From the IMG/VR virus record IMGVR_UViG_3300028886_000045: DNA of 64,000 bases, one strand, 5' to 3'. The position numbers and the translations under genes were made by a program. The notes under the pieces are model-generated. The model did not search any database. It was not told the DNA's origin and saw only the letters and a program-made list of their open reading frames with translations. The stretch's first letter is position 1. Each line of letters begins with the position of its first letter. Below, one piece after another: positions 41,060 to 52,608 of the stretch. This stretch comes from a virus (Duplodnaviria; Caudoviricetes).

Positions 41060-41335
41060 TTAGATTTCTTCATCGCTGAAAGCCTCAGTCATACAAGTTA
41101 ATTTGTATTCAAAGCCATTACCCTTGATAATCACCTCATGGCAACCGCTCATGTCGTACTTATCAGTATCAACGATTTCTACCTCTTCGTCTAAAAGTGA
41201 AACTAACTTTTCAACAGAGATACCCCAAAAATCCCAAAAACCACTCATTTGTGTTTCTTCGATTATCTCGTTTTCTTCACTTACACCACACAACCAAGAA
41301 AGGTAGTTTCTGAAAGTGCTCTTGATTGATTTCAT
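41060..41335 (-). CDS. Acidic hypothetical protein (duplicate of 50350-50625)
   Basis: MKSIKST.RNYLSW...GFWDFWGISVEKLVSLL. Confidence 0.8.
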   Translation of the reverse strand: MKSIKSTFRNYLSWLCGVSEENEIIEETQMSGFWDFWGISVEKLVSLLDEEVEIVDTDKYDMSGCHEVIIKGNGFEYKLTCMTEAFSDEEI

Positions 41336-41344
41336 ATTCTTTGT

Positions 41345-41370
41345 GACCTTGTTATTCTCTCGGTCGTGAG
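41345..41370 (-). promoter_or_regulatory. Leader pseudoknot copy 13
   Basis: CUC AC GACC GA GAG AAUAACAA GGUC. Confidence 0.85.
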
Positions 41371-41534
41371 TTCTAAATTAACTTTGTTTCTTAATTACAA
41401 TGCAAAGGTACTGCTTTTTCTTGAAATATGCAAATTTTTCACCAACTTTTTTCTGCTTTTGTTGAAATTTTAACATTTCACCCCCATAAATAGCAAAAAA
41501 GATGCCCACAAACCTTGTGAGCACCTTATATATA

Positions 41535-41990
41535 TTACAGACTTCTTTTTATGTTGTCGTAATAGTCTTTAAGTCCTATGTTTTGGTTTTCTACCTTTGC
41601 CATTTTCTTATAAGGTAGGTTAGCGGTCTGTAAACATATCCCTACTGCCCCAAAATCGAAAGTGACTTTCACTTGCTTTTTCGTGAAGCCAACGACACAG
41701 CCGATTCTTAGCAACTGCTCGTAATACACCGCTACTTTGTCACCGACTTTCAGTTTTGCGTTTGAAAGGTCTGTGCCTTCTATCGGTTCTGTGATTGATT
41801 GGTTTTCCGTCTTTGCCATACGCCACGGATAAAGCAATGCGGAATCCGTGCCGAAATCCACTATTACCATTTTCTTGGTAAAGGATTTCACCCTACCCAT
41901 TTTTAACGCAAAGCGATTTTTTGTCACGACTACATCACCAACCTTTAACTCCGTGCTTGCAAGGTCTGTGAACTTAACTGAATTTTCCAT
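41535..41990 (-). CDS. Protein with two internal SH3/KOW-like repeats
   Basis: TDL....LKVGD.V...G.V..FTKK.V.V.F...MAK.ENQ occurs twice. Confidence 0.7.
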   Translation of the reverse strand: MENSVKFTDLASTELKVGDVVVTKNRFALKMGRVKSFTKKMVIVDFGTDSALLYPWRMAKTENQSITEPIEGTDLSNAKLKVGDKVAVYYEQLLRIGCVVGFTKKQVKVTFDFGAVGICLQTANLPYKKMAKVENQNIGLKDYYDNIKRSL

Positions 41991-42713
41991 ATTTTACATT
42001 TTTTGTTAATACTGAAACTTTACAACCGACTGCCCATCCTCTTTGCAAATTATATAGGAATGTCCTTCGATATTGCAGTTACTATGATTGATAAGGTTCG
42101 TTATCACGCTCTTTAACACCCCCAACTCGTATCTACCCCCAAACCTTATATTTAGGTAACGTACACTCTCCGCTAACGTAGGCAATGCGTTTTCCTTTAG
42201 GGAACGCCCCACGATTTCGGCTATGTGTGAAAAGAATGTTGGCGAGTTCGGATTAATCAAATACATTTCGTTTTCCTTTATCGGCAATCCGCTCACCTTG
42301 TGAATGATTTTCAAATCATTATAGCCACCGCTTAAATGTGTGTTTACCAATATCCGACAATCAGCACGGTAAACATTACGGCAATCCGTGACAAATACCA
42401 CCTCTTTGTCTTTTAGCCAATCAACACTAACGATTTCCCAATTTCCCATACCTTTCCCTTTTCTTTAGATTAAAGCCTTGATGTGCTTTTTCCTTATACC
42501 TTTACTCTTTGCATAGTTGTAAATGTCTGCCAAACTTCCACTCGCGTATTCGTGACCGCCCAATGGCGTTTCTAAATGATATACAAGTTTCGGCTTATTC
42601 CCATTATACCCACCAAGGTAATGCTTTGTAATGTAATTTGTATTATCTTTCATTCTGTAACTACTAAAAGAAAGCGATGCCGTAAAGCACCGCCCCCCCA
42701 AACCTAATCAGAT

Positions 42714-42965
42714 TTAATTGTATCTTAAAATGGCTTCTCCTTCTGCCTTGCGAGGACGAACATACAACTTCTGAACAGCAACTTTTGCCATACCTAAATT
42801 ATACTCATAATTCATATCCTTTAAGTGTTCTAACCATTGGATGCCGTACTTCTTCTTATCGCTTTCCCTACGCTTTTCAAACCAAGCGTTAGCCTCTGCC
42901 TCAGACTTGAAAGACTTGTAACTGCTTGACATTCTGTAAGTGTTGAAAATAACGATTTTATACAT
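42714..42965 (-). CDS. Hypothetical protein (start revised to 42965)
   Basis: ATG 9 nt after leader copy 14. Confidence 0.7.
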   Translation of the reverse strand: MYKIVIFNTYRMSSSYKSFKSEAEANAWFEKRRESDKKKYGIQWLEHLKDMNYEYNLGMAKVAVQKLYVRPRKAEGEAILRYN

Positions 42966-42974
42966 AATCTTTGT

Positions 42975-43000
42975 GACCTTGTTATCCTCTCGGTCGTGAG
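42975..43000 (-). promoter_or_regulatory. Leader pseudoknot copy 14
   Basis: CUC AC GACC GA GAG GAUAACAA GGUC. Confidence 0.85.
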
Positions 43001-43108
43001 TTCTAATTTTTATTATTTCTTTCTTTTTACAATGCAAAGGTACGACTTTTTCTTGAATTATGCAAATTTTTTACCAACTTTTTTCAGCCAAATACCAACT
43101 TTTTTCAC

Positions 43109-43132
43109 TTTTGTAATGTAGGGATGACAAAA
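43109..43132. promoter_or_regulatory. 24-bp palindromic upstream site
   Basis: ttttgtaat gtaggg atgacaaaa, 48 bp from the -33 box. Confidence 0.7.
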
Positions 43133-43564
43133 CACAACACCCCCACTACGTTCCTATACCCCACAGACGCAAAAAGGACGGTCTGCACCGCCCTCCTTGG
43201 TTCTGAAATCAATCTTAATGCCTAAAAGAAAAAGTACCTTATATTTCCAATTTTTCCATAGTGGTGACAATCTTTTTTTCTGCATCGTAGATAACGACAT
43301 TCATTTTGGCATAGTTTACCAAAGTATCAAAGTTGTCATTCCACATAACTCCTACCCTTCCGATTTTGTGTCCCTCGTGGCGTGTTTCGCAATCAATAAG
43401 GTAACACATCCATTTCTTGAATACTTCCAAATCTTCGTCACAAACCCTATACGAATCTGCAAGCGATATAATGACTAAGTGGTTAGGGTATTTCTGCTTT
43501 AGGGTCTTGTAAACCTTTATTGTGCCCTCCTTGAAAGTCTTATTTAGATGTACCATAATATTGC

Positions 43565-43590
43565 AACCTTTTTTTGCCCTTGGTCGTGGG
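43565..43590 (-). promoter_or_regulatory. Leader pseudoknot copy 15 (no adjacent promoter)
   Basis: CCC AC GACC AA GGG CAAAAAAA GGUU (one G-U); 8 nt to ATG 43556. Confidence 0.75.
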
Positions 43591-44012
43591 TTCTATCTGT
43601 TTAACTTCGTTTTCTGAAAAGTGGGATGGGTGTTACCCCACCCCTTGTTTCCCCTTTCGTAATCAAAAAAACTTATGAAATAAAACATGATACTCACTTG
43701 TAAAAATACACGTTGGCGATTTTCTTTACTAACTTGTACCTATACCCACAGCCTAAAGTGAGTTCGTACACGTTACGCGCCACGGCTTCATCCATATTGT
43801 CAATATCTGTCATGTCATAGACAATAAGATGTTTGGTCATATCTGCTTTCGGCTTCTTTCCGTCTTGCAAGATTATCACCACCGCCACATTTTCGCTTTC
43901 TGAACTTGTGACATCTTCGATATTCGCAAACTGACAATATATAACGCTACCTTGCATAAGAAAATGACTTTACCGTGGTGTCGAGGGCTTAAAGTGAATG
44001 ATTAAGTGACTA

Positions 44013-44327
44013 TTACAAACCCTTCTTGTAAGGCTCGTTTCTAACGTAGATGTCACGCTCTACTGAAAGTCCGAATGAGCCTTTGATAGACTGCAACTCT
44101 GATAGGGTGAAATAACCCATTTCGCTACCCATCTCGTTCTCAACCATACCGAAGAAAGTCCAATCACCGTTCTCCATTTTCTCAGCCTCGAAAACGTACC
44201 AAGTCCAACTTGACCAAGGGGTGAAGAACTTAACAATCACCTTCTTGTCCTTCTGTCCGTCTGTTGAATAAAGAGGTGCTTTCAACAAATCCTTCTCAAC
44301 CTGCTTTGTAACTAACTTCTGCTTCAT
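44013..44327 (-). CDS. DUF2958-like protein
   Basis: VKFFTPWSSWTWY..E...FFGMV....EMGYFTLSEL..I.G..GL.VERD. Confidence 0.8.
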   Translation of the reverse strand: MKQKLVTKQVEKDLLKAPLYSTDGQKDKKVIVKFFTPWSSWTWYVFEAEKMENGDWTFFGMVENEMGSEMGYFTLSELQSIKGSFGLSVERDIYVRNEPYKKGL

Positions 44328-44336
44328 ATTCTTTGT

Positions 44337-44362
44337 GACCTTGTTATTCTCTTGGTCGTGAG
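44337..44362 (-). promoter_or_regulatory. Leader pseudoknot copy 16
   Basis: CUC AC GACC AA GAG AAUAACAA GGUC. Confidence 0.85.
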
Positions 44363-44501
44363 TTCTAAATTGTTTGTTTCTTAATTATTACACTGCAAAG
44401 GTACTACTTTTTTCTGATATTTGCAAGTTTTTTGCCAACTTTTTTCAATATTTTTTTGTATTTTCTTGGTTTTTTCTTGGTATAGTTGGTAAACATACCA
44501 A

Positions 44502-44525
44502 TTTTGCCATCCCCACATGGCAAAA
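44502..44525. promoter_or_regulatory. 24-bp palindromic upstream site
   Basis: ttttgccat ccccac atggcaaaa (perfect arms), 80 bp from the -33 box. Confidence 0.75.
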
Positions 44526-44903
44526 ACGGCACTTTTGGGGTGTTTTTCTGTCTGCCTTATTTGTATATATATAAGGTGTAAAATCGGCACAAAAAAGAAA
44601 CACGCCCCCATTAAAGAAGGCGTGCGGTCTTGTTTATTAGGTGCTCTGTTTCTTTCGTTGCTTCTGCAATACATTTGCAAGCAATATCCGCAAGGTCTTT
44701 TATCATTTGTTCCTTGCTTTCTTCTGACTCTTTAGAATACTTTTCAAATTCGGTCATTATCTGACCTTGTGCAACCCCATCCAAGAAAACCACATATTCC
44801 TTTGCGTTATCCTTTCGTGGCTGTCGCACCCAATCCTTGAACGCCTTTATGTAGTCTTTGGGCGTTTTTATCTCAATCGTGAATTTTATCATTGCTTTTC
44901 GGT

Positions 44904-45329
44904 TTAATATGCTATCGCGTAATGGTCTTTCGGTTTACGCTTGATTTCCAAGCCGTGCAACTGCATAATTCGCTTTCGTGCGCTTTGTATGCTATTAAGG
45001 CTTATATCAAAATGCTTTGCGATTTCTTCCATAGACGCGCCACCGCTATACATAGCCTTGAATATCTGCGCGTTTGCAAGATTCCATTTGCAACCTTGAC
45101 CCGATTTCTTCTTCAACGAATACTTTTTTACATAGTATATAACCGTTGAGATATGACAACCTAACTTTCGCGCAATTTCCGCTTGTGTCATATCCTCAAT
45201 GTGCGCCTTGATAAACTCTTTATTCTTATCTGTCAATCGCACGTTATCCTTTTTCTTATTCTTCATCTTCATAATATTTTCTATTTCCTTTCTATTTGAA
45301 TTTCCCAATCCAAAGTTTTCCCCCAACAT
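44904..45329 (-). CDS. Double HTH DNA-binding protein
   Basis: MTQAEIARKLGCHISTV and SMEEIAKHFDISLNSI. Confidence 0.75.
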   Translation of the reverse strand: MLGENFGLGNSNRKEIENIMKMKNKKKDNVRLTDKNKEFIKAHIEDMTQAEIARKLGCHISTVIYYVKKYSLKKKSGQGCKWNLANAQIFKAMYSGGASMEEIAKHFDISLNSIQSARKRIMQLHGLEIKRKPKDHYAIAY

Positions 45330-45816
45330 CCCATTTTAGGAACGTCTTCTTTTCTTTTTCTTGCCCATTGTCTTCATGCCGTAGTTCTTGGGCGTGCTAT
45401 CTACAAACAAATATGGATGAACCCTAACCAAATCCCACGGCACACGATGTAATTCAAACGTAATAGGTTCGCGGTTTCCAAGCATAGCCATACCTTACCC
45501 CTTTCTTTTCTTACGCTTCACATAGTCATTGCAAGCAATATCGTTTGGTCGTATGTGGCGATTTGCCTTGCAACCATCGAATTTCTTACAAGACTTGCAC
45601 TTACGCTTTTCTTCGCGACTTTGTTGTGGTTTTGGTTTTTCCACAAAAGAGGGTACAACCGAAGGCTCGCTAACACTTAGTGAAGCGAATAAACTCCCTG
45701 CCGCCCTTATGACATCCTTTAATCCTAACTTTCCCATTTCCTTAAACTTTTATTTGCCCTTATTTTTTGCAAATATACGAAATATTTCCGTAATATGCAA
45801 ACTTATTACCAACTTT

Positions 45817-46386
45817 TTAGATATTATCGAGGTCAAACCTAAATCTGTCCGCGCTAAATCCCCATCCGCATTGCCTTAGTGCATTCTGCAACTCATGGAC
45901 ATAACAGACATTAAACAATACATAGTTATTATCGTTGTGGTCTGTGAACACCTCGACATGAAAGGTATCTTCGTAACTGTCCTCGCTTATATGAAACAAT
46001 ACGTCCCTACCATCGAAAACGGGCGCAAAGAAATAACCACATACCGCAGTTGCACATTGCTCAAACTGATTTATTCTTAGCATTTCAGTTTTCAGCGCAA
46101 TAGGCTTCAAGTCACCCAAATGCACCTTATAGGAACATTTTTGTATTGGGTTATATACTTGCGCATATCTATCGTTATCGTCATCCGTCTTTGTAGGATA
46201 ACCATATTTCTTGTTACTTCTGTTGTAATCGCTTGTGCCCACGCTTTCGATTTTGACATAACTACCCTCGCGTGCGTCCATTACCCAATTACCAACAGAC
46301 AACTCTCTCGCCTTTACATAACTAATCTTTTCCACGTTCTTTCCGTTTAATATTCTACTTTTCCGAAAACTTCTTACATTGCGCAA
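45817..46386 (-). CDS. Paralog family A hypothetical protein
   Basis: ELSVGNWV...YVHELQNALRQCG...ADRF; start uncertain. Confidence 0.7.
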   Translation of the reverse strand: MRNVRSFRKSRILNGKNVEKISYVKARELSVGNWVMDAREGSYVKIESVGTSDYNRSNKKYGYPTKTDDDNDRYAQVYNPIQKCSYKVHLGDLKPIALKTEMLRINQFEQCATAVCGYFFAPVFDGRDVLFHISEDSYEDTFHVEVFTDHNDNNYVLFNVCYVHELQNALRQCGWGFSADRFRFDLDNI

Positions 46387-47490
46387 ACGTGTTTATATCC
46401 AACACCGTTGCACCGACAAACACGTTACGCCTACAACCATAGACACCCTTAATCTGTGATTCTTGCAAGTGCCTACAATCAAAGCAACGGCTTTCCCCTT
46501 TGCCTTTTTCCATACGCTAATTTTTCTTGATTTTCTTCTTTAGCGTACCGATTTCATTTTGCAGTTTCTTTAACTGCATTTCCTTTTCCGCTAACTCCCT
46601 TTCGTCTTGATGATAACGCCTTACTTCTTCGCCTATCAAACGATATAGACGCAAAGCCTTTTGTGGAGTATCTTCCATCACCTCCCTTTCTGTGCACAAA
46701 CCATTCGAGTTATTATAACAAATGGTCAAATCCTTTGGCAAAGTTGAAAGATACTTGATTGCATCGGCTACTGACACCCCTACAATCTCATCCATATCCA
46801 AGTCTTTGCTTACCGTTACTTTCCGTGTCAAAAAAGGATAAGCATCATTTTCAAGTGAGCGGTCAAATATCTCTTCAAAATTAGGCTCATCCGAAAAATA
46901 TTGCTCTTTCAGATACTTCCTAACTGCTTCTATGCCTTCTATTTCTACTTTCTTTGCCATATCCTAATCGAATTTGTCTAAACATTTCTTGCAGTCGATT
47001 TTGTGCTCGAAAGGCTTGTTTCCGTAAAACACATATTCGTGTCCGTCATACACCTCGGTATGGAAACCGCGCAAACCATCGTATGCAACGTAAGCGATAC
47101 CAAGCATTAACACACTTAGCACGACTGCCAACAATATCTTTTCTTGCTTCATATTCATTTCAAGTCCCTACAATATACCATTAACTCGTCCAACCCAAAA
47201 AACGCAAACAATCTAACCAAATCATTCTTGTTTTCTATTGGGCATTTTACCGACCGATACTCATCCATCCTATAAGATGAGCCAACGTGCGACTCTACAA
47301 AGACTTTATCCATATACTGAATAAAGTAAAAGTAATGCCCACAATAAGGCTTTCCAAGCATTGTCTTTTCCCCCTTGCGTGACCTTTCAATATACCAAAA
47401 GTCGTATAATCTGCATAAAGACTTTACCTTTTCTATCCAAAGGTGTTGCTCTGCCTCTTGTTTTATTCTTTCATTATCCATAATGGATAT

Positions 47491-47516
47491 GACTTTTTTA
47501 TCCTCTTAGTCGTGAG
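47491..47516 (-). promoter_or_regulatory. Leader pseudoknot copy 17
   Basis: CUC AC GACU AA GAG GAUAAAAA AGUC; 9 nt to ATG 47481. Confidence 0.85.
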
Positions 47517-47624
47517 TTCTGATTATTATTTGTCATTTCTTTTTACAATGCAAAGGTACAAATAAATTTTGTATTTTGCAAGTTTTTTGCCAACTTTATT
47601 TGTAATTTGTTGGTATTTCTTTAA

Positions 47625-47648
47625 TTTTATAATGTGTAGATAGCAAAA
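47625..47648. promoter_or_regulatory. 24-bp palindromic upstream site
   Basis: ttttataat gtgtag atagcaaaa, 48 bp from the -33 box. Confidence 0.6.
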
Positions 47649-49198
47649 CAGCACTCTTGGGATAACAAAAAACCACGCCCCACATAAAGGCATGGTCTTT
47701 GTTCCGCTTACCCCCTACAATTCGCCAATACTTGCCTCTTCTTCATGATAAAGCATTTTGGCATAATCAAGGAAACGCTTTTTGTTTTCCTCATTCTCCG
47801 CTTCTTTCGCCCAATCAGAAATTATATGCCAATCAGTATAAGGCACTTCCGACATTGCCTTCAAGCGTTCTTTGTCCGTTTTTAGATTCTTGTAGTTCAT
47901 AACTGATTTTACGTTTATTGTTATAGTGTGGATGGTTGTTTTACAATACCCTTTTCCTTTAGCCTTTCTTCCATCACAAAAGGGTCTGTCTCGCTTGCTT
48001 GTGCGCATAGCATGGTAAACAACAAATCCGCTTGACCGCTACTTAATACTAACTTTTTCATTTTATCCCCCTTTCTTAATCGAAAATCGTTTTGAAAACC
48101 TTTATCCCTTTCATATACCCATTTTCACAGACATTCTCTTGTTTCTGCTTCAAAACTACTTCCATAGCGTGTTTATACCCTGCTAAATACGCGCGTTCAA
48201 TCCATTCCAACGATATAAAGTCGTTTTCATTCAGTCCAAACGCACGCTTTCCGTAGTTACGCCCACGCTTCTTTATTTCTTTTGCATTGCTTTTGAGCAT
48301 ATCTCATCCCCCCTCCATAGGTTACAAAATTCATCTGTGTCCGTGCGTATGATTTTACAATCATGGCGCAAAGCACACGTTTTGCATCTGTATGCCACGT
48401 TAGGCGTTGTGTCCATGTATTTCTTCTTAAACCAATCAGAAACGTGTGTTGTAACCTTATCACCATTTGCATAATCGGTTATTGTCACAACCCTACAAAC
48501 AAGGTCTGTACCAAGTGTGAACTCGGTCGTACAACCCTCCTTTGCAACCCCACTTGAAGGTCTTATATCCAACCTATGATAATATACGGCTCTCATAAAG
48601 TCGTTCTTTTTTACTTCTGTCATATTTCTAAAGTATTACAAGTTAAAAACTAAGGTTTCTTAAACTTCGTGGCAAATCCCTTTTGCGTATATCCAAGCCT
48701 AAAATTTCAGCGAATTTTGACTTTCCGACATCCTTTAGGTTCTTTCTGCCTACCTTATCATGCACATTGATAATACGCAAATAACCACTACCGTTCTTGT
48801 AGGTCTTTTTATTGCCAAAGACACCAACCCAACAATAACCCTTTTGACGAAAAGCGAATTTCAAACACAAATCGTTATAACGACTGCTATCATTTTGAAC
48901 ACCTTCATGTCCCTTTGACATTATCGCACAACACAAATCCCAACCCTCTTGAATTGTGTGTACCCTCGTCCTATATCCCCTAAGTCCTTTTATCATTTTT
49001 CCAACACCTTGATGTCCATTTCTATTGCAATAGGCTTTTTATCATCCCATTGCGGATTTATCCCCTTTGGCAGAAACTCCCCTTGCAGTTCTGTAAAGTC
49101 GTTTTCTACCGAAAACCAACCAATCGCCATCTTTTTAGGGCGTTTGTGGTAAAGATAGACACCGCCACCTTTGTCCCTTGCTATGTATGCTTTTACCT

Positions 49199-49624
49199 TC
49201 ATACTTCTTTTATTTTTAGGTTGTTTAATAACTTGTTGAATCCCAAAAGCCTTATTGCATTCTGAAACTCATGCACATAACTCATTTGCATTACCAAAGA
49301 CTTGCTTTCCGCTATGATAGACAACGTAAACAAGTAATGGTCGTTGTTCTTATCCTTTCCGTATCTGACCGTTATCGCAGACTGATTACTGTCTTCATAG
49401 TACACATATATGTTTTCACATACTGCAATAAAGCCGTTATCCAAAAGGTGTTTCGGCTTCAAAGGTATTGGCATAGCCAAATACAAAGGTATGCGTGAAC
49501 ACATCAAATGCACATCCTTATGGTTCGCGTAAAGTACCTCGTAAGGCTTTACTTTGCCCCTTTCTTCATACCCTACCATGTTTCCATAAGCAAGTTCTGT
49601 GTGCTTTAACTTTCTTATATTCAT
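49199..49624 (-). CDS. Paralog family A hypothetical protein
   Basis: PIPLKPKHLLDNGF...YVHEFQNAIRLLG. Confidence 0.75.
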   Translation of the reverse strand: MNIRKLKHTELAYGNMVGYEERGKVKPYEVLYANHKDVHLMCSRIPLYLAMPIPLKPKHLLDNGFIAVCENIYVYYEDSNQSAITVRYGKDKNNDHYLFTLSIIAESKSLVMQMSYVHEFQNAIRLLGFNKLLNNLKIKEV

Positions 49625-50131
49625 GCTTTACCCTCCTTTATGATTTTGTAAAACTTTTTACGATTGCAACCGCGCCTAACGGCTTCATCCAAAAGTCTTA
49701 ACGCGATTTCTTCACTTTCGACTTCGATAAACTTCAAAGTTTCAGTATTGACATGATACTTCAACTCCCCTTCTTGACATAGTGGGACACATTTAGGATG
49801 TTGGAAATTTTCGCGTCCTATCCCCCACACAGAATAGCCGTGAGGCACTTCTTTTACTTCTTTGTAAGTGCGCGTATTATAACGACTTGTATTTATGATA
49901 GTTCTCATTCTTTCCATAACGCCTACTTTTCATTACAAGAAACATACTTATCATAACGCTTTTGCATAAGTTGATTTGAACTATTGCAAAGCACACTTGC
50001 ATCATCGCAGACTTTTTCTTTTATCAGTCTTTCCGCGATTTGGTACGCTTGCAGTTCGGTTTTATTCACAGCGTATATGACTTTCTTCTTTTTGCTAAGA
50101 ACTGCATATATTCTTGATTTGTCCGTTTTAC

Positions 50132-50308
50132 TCATTTGTTTAGTTTATTTTCTTCATCTTCTATCATCTTTGCAACCTCTTCACAAAGACTATCTATCTT
50201 TTTACGCAATTCTGCCAAATCGCTATGTGCCACCGTTTTGGCACTTGCTACACAAAGACTTGTATAAATCTTTCCAAGCATCATTGCCTTGTGTTCTTGT
50301 CTTGTCAT
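50132..50308 (-). CDS. 58-aa protein missed by the ORF track
   Basis: MTRQEHKAMMLGKIY...ENKLNK*; predicted by leader copy 18; stop overlaps the next ATG (ATGA). Confidence 0.75.
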   Translation of the reverse strand: MTRQEHKAMMLGKIYTSLCVASAKTVAHSDLAELRKKIDSLCEEVAKMIEDEENKLNK

Positions 50309-50317
50309 AACTTCTGT

Positions 50318-50343
50318 GGTCTTTATATCCCCTTGACCGTGGG
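50318..50343 (-). promoter_or_regulatory. Leader pseudoknot copy 18 (intercistronic, no promoter)
   Basis: CCC AC GGUC AA GGG GAUAUAAA GACC. Confidence 0.85.
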
Positions 50344-50349
50344 TTCTAA

Positions 50350-50625
50350 TTAGATTTCTTCATTACTGAAAGCCTCAACCATTTCTGATAAAACGAACTC
50401 GAAGCCGTTACCCTTGATGATAACCTCATGGCTACCGTCCATATCGTAATTATCAGTAATAACGATTTCAACCTCTTCATTCAAAAGTGAAACCAACTTT
50501 TCTACTGAGATACCCCAAAAATCCCAAAAACCGTACATTTGGATTTCTTCAACTATCTCGTTGTCGCTTTCTACGCCACAATACCAAGAAAGGTAGTTTC
50601 TTAAAGTGCTCTTGATTGATTTCAT
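50350..50625 (-). CDS. Acidic hypothetical protein (duplicate of 41060-41335)
   Basis: Same length (91 aa), colinear and highly similar. Confidence 0.8.
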   Translation of the reverse strand: MKSIKSTLRNYLSWYCGVESDNEIVEEIQMYGFWDFWGISVEKLVSLLNEEVEIVITDNYDMDGSHEVIIKGNGFEFVLSEMVEAFSNEEI

Positions 50626-50634
50626 ATTCTTTGT

Positions 50635-50660
50635 GACCTTGTTATTCTCTCGGTCGTGAG
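50635..50660 (-). promoter_or_regulatory. Leader pseudoknot copy 19
   Basis: CUC AC GACC GA GAG AAUAACAA GGUC. Confidence 0.85.
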
Positions 50661-50772
50661 TTTTATTTGTTTAATACCTTTGTTTCTTAATCACAATGCA
50701 AAGGTACGAATATTTTTTGAACTTTGCAAATTTTTTGCCAACTTTTTTCATAAAAATACCAACTTTTACCAA

Positions 50773-50796
50773 TTTTGTAATGTGTAGATAGCAAAA
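50773..50796. promoter_or_regulatory. 24-bp palindromic upstream site
   Basis: ttttgtaat gtgtag atagcaaaa, 48 bp from the -33 box. Confidence 0.7.
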
Positions 50797-52179
50797 TAAA
50801 GGGATAATGCAAAAGCACCACCCCTTTTAATGTTTTTCTTCTCCCATCAACACTATCCTCTTATTAAAGTTATCCAACCAATAGTTTACAACAGAATACC
50901 CACCCATACACCCATTCCTATTAAACAAGCGCACCTCTAATGGATATTGCGGATGGCTTTCACACAACTCCTTCAGCCGTTTTGTGTAGAAATCGCTTTC
51001 GTTCCTTTCTTTCGGCTTTATGTATTCTGCAATAGAAGCGTAAACGAATATCACGTCTTCATATATTTTGAATCTGTCACACCTACCGAATGCCAACCAA
51101 CTTATATAAAGGGTCAAAGGGCGCGTTACCACCCCCATAAAGGAACATACGCACATTAAGGGAAACCCCACAATGTAGTACAATGACAACAGAAATCTTC
51201 TTAATACGTTCATGCCTACTTTATTCTGAAACTTGATTTTGAAAAGCCTACGGAATCACGCATATCATAATACGCACTAACCTCCCTTTTGCGATTTGCA
51301 AAAAGTCTATTATCCCTAAACCAAGGGTCTTGCCACGTTTTAGAACTATGGCTAAAATCGCACAGACAATACAAACCGCTACGCCTTGACCCTTTGTTAG
51401 CGTATGGCTTTCTGTGTTCTTTTCCGCTTTCTATCGCCTTGAATAACATTTTGAATCCCCCCAAAGTCTAATGCACAACTATCCCCTATTATCCGCACAT
51501 CTTTCCGCTTCCAATTTTTCATATCGTCTTTGTGCGTCCTTCATCGCGGAATCATACCCACACCTATATCCTATAAGTATGCCTACGAGAACGGCAATCA
51601 TACCGCTCATAACACCCAAAATTAAATATGCTACTGCCATTTTACCAACCTCCTAATTGTTTTATGAATTTATCTACCTTTTCGCACAATGCAACCTCGC
51701 ATTGACTGAATGGACATACTACCTTACAGAAAGCCTCTTGCGCTTTCCATTTATCTATCTTTTCTTGGTCTTGCGCACCTTTCTTGTAGGCTTCCAACAC
51801 AGACGAAACCCCATAGTCTTGTGAACTGTCTGCAAGTGCCACGTTGTACTTTTCGCTTTCTGCCCTATCCTTGATAGGAACATTCATATCCTTTCTTGTT
51901 ATCTTATCCATATCAACGCCTCTAATTTTTCCTTGAACGCCCTATAACTTGCGCACGTCCCCCTTTCCGCACATTCGGCAATTCTATCAATTATTGGGCA
52001 TTCAGCCAAACAATGCGCTTTAAGTGCCTTTTCCATTGCGTCCTTTGCACACTTTTCGTACCCTTGCACATAGGCTTCACGTTTCTTTATCTGCAAATCC
52101 ATCAAAGTGGTGTTTATATCCACTTCTGCATCTGCACCGATAATAGGGTATTTTTCCCTCGCATTCTGTTTTGCTAACT

Positions 52180-52608
52180 TTAGCATACACTATCGTATTT
52201 CGTACCTATCACTTCCAACGAATCGGTACAATGTTGGTATTCTGAAATATTAAACGCACCGCCTTTGAACTGAACCTCCAAATCTTCGTAATTTTCCTCC
52301 CATTCCGTTCCACACAAAGGTTTTTTCTGACCCATTGAAATCCTTACAATATCCCCTTCAAAGATTTTTCTTTTGTTCTTATCGCACAACCCTGTGAACT
52401 GCCCCACCGTGTCTGAATCTACGAGGTGTATCAAGTCAAACCCCTCGCCATTGGCTGTATATCCGCTAACGTGTATCATATCACCGCCCATCTTATTCTT
52501 AACAAGGCTACCATACACGAAAGTACCGCTCGGAACATCATAGCCACCATCCCATCGCTTTAGACTATCAAATATCGTCTTTCCGCGAAATTCTATCGTT
52601 CTATTCAT
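52180..52608 (-). CDS. YopX family protein
   Basis: IEFRGK...VYGSL...TVGQFTGLCDKN.RKIFEGDIV...LEVIG. Confidence 0.85.
   Translation of the reverse strand: MNRTIEFRGKTIFDSLKRWDGGYDVPSGTFVYGSLVKNKMGGDMIHVSGYTANGEGFDLIHLVDSDTVGQFTGLCDKNKRKIFEGDIVRISMGQKKPLCGTEWEENYEDLEVQFKGGAFNISEYQHCTDSLEVIGTKYDSVC

Noticed and set aside
43966-43988. Possible 21st leader copy (CCC UC GAC ACCAC GG UAAA GUC)
   Set aside because: Right position (8 nt from the ATG) but geometry and stems deviate; not counted
41060-50625. Duplicated gene as a DGR template/variable repeat pair
   Set aside because: Both copies are full ORFs with their own promoters, differences are not adenine-restricted, and no reverse transcriptase is present
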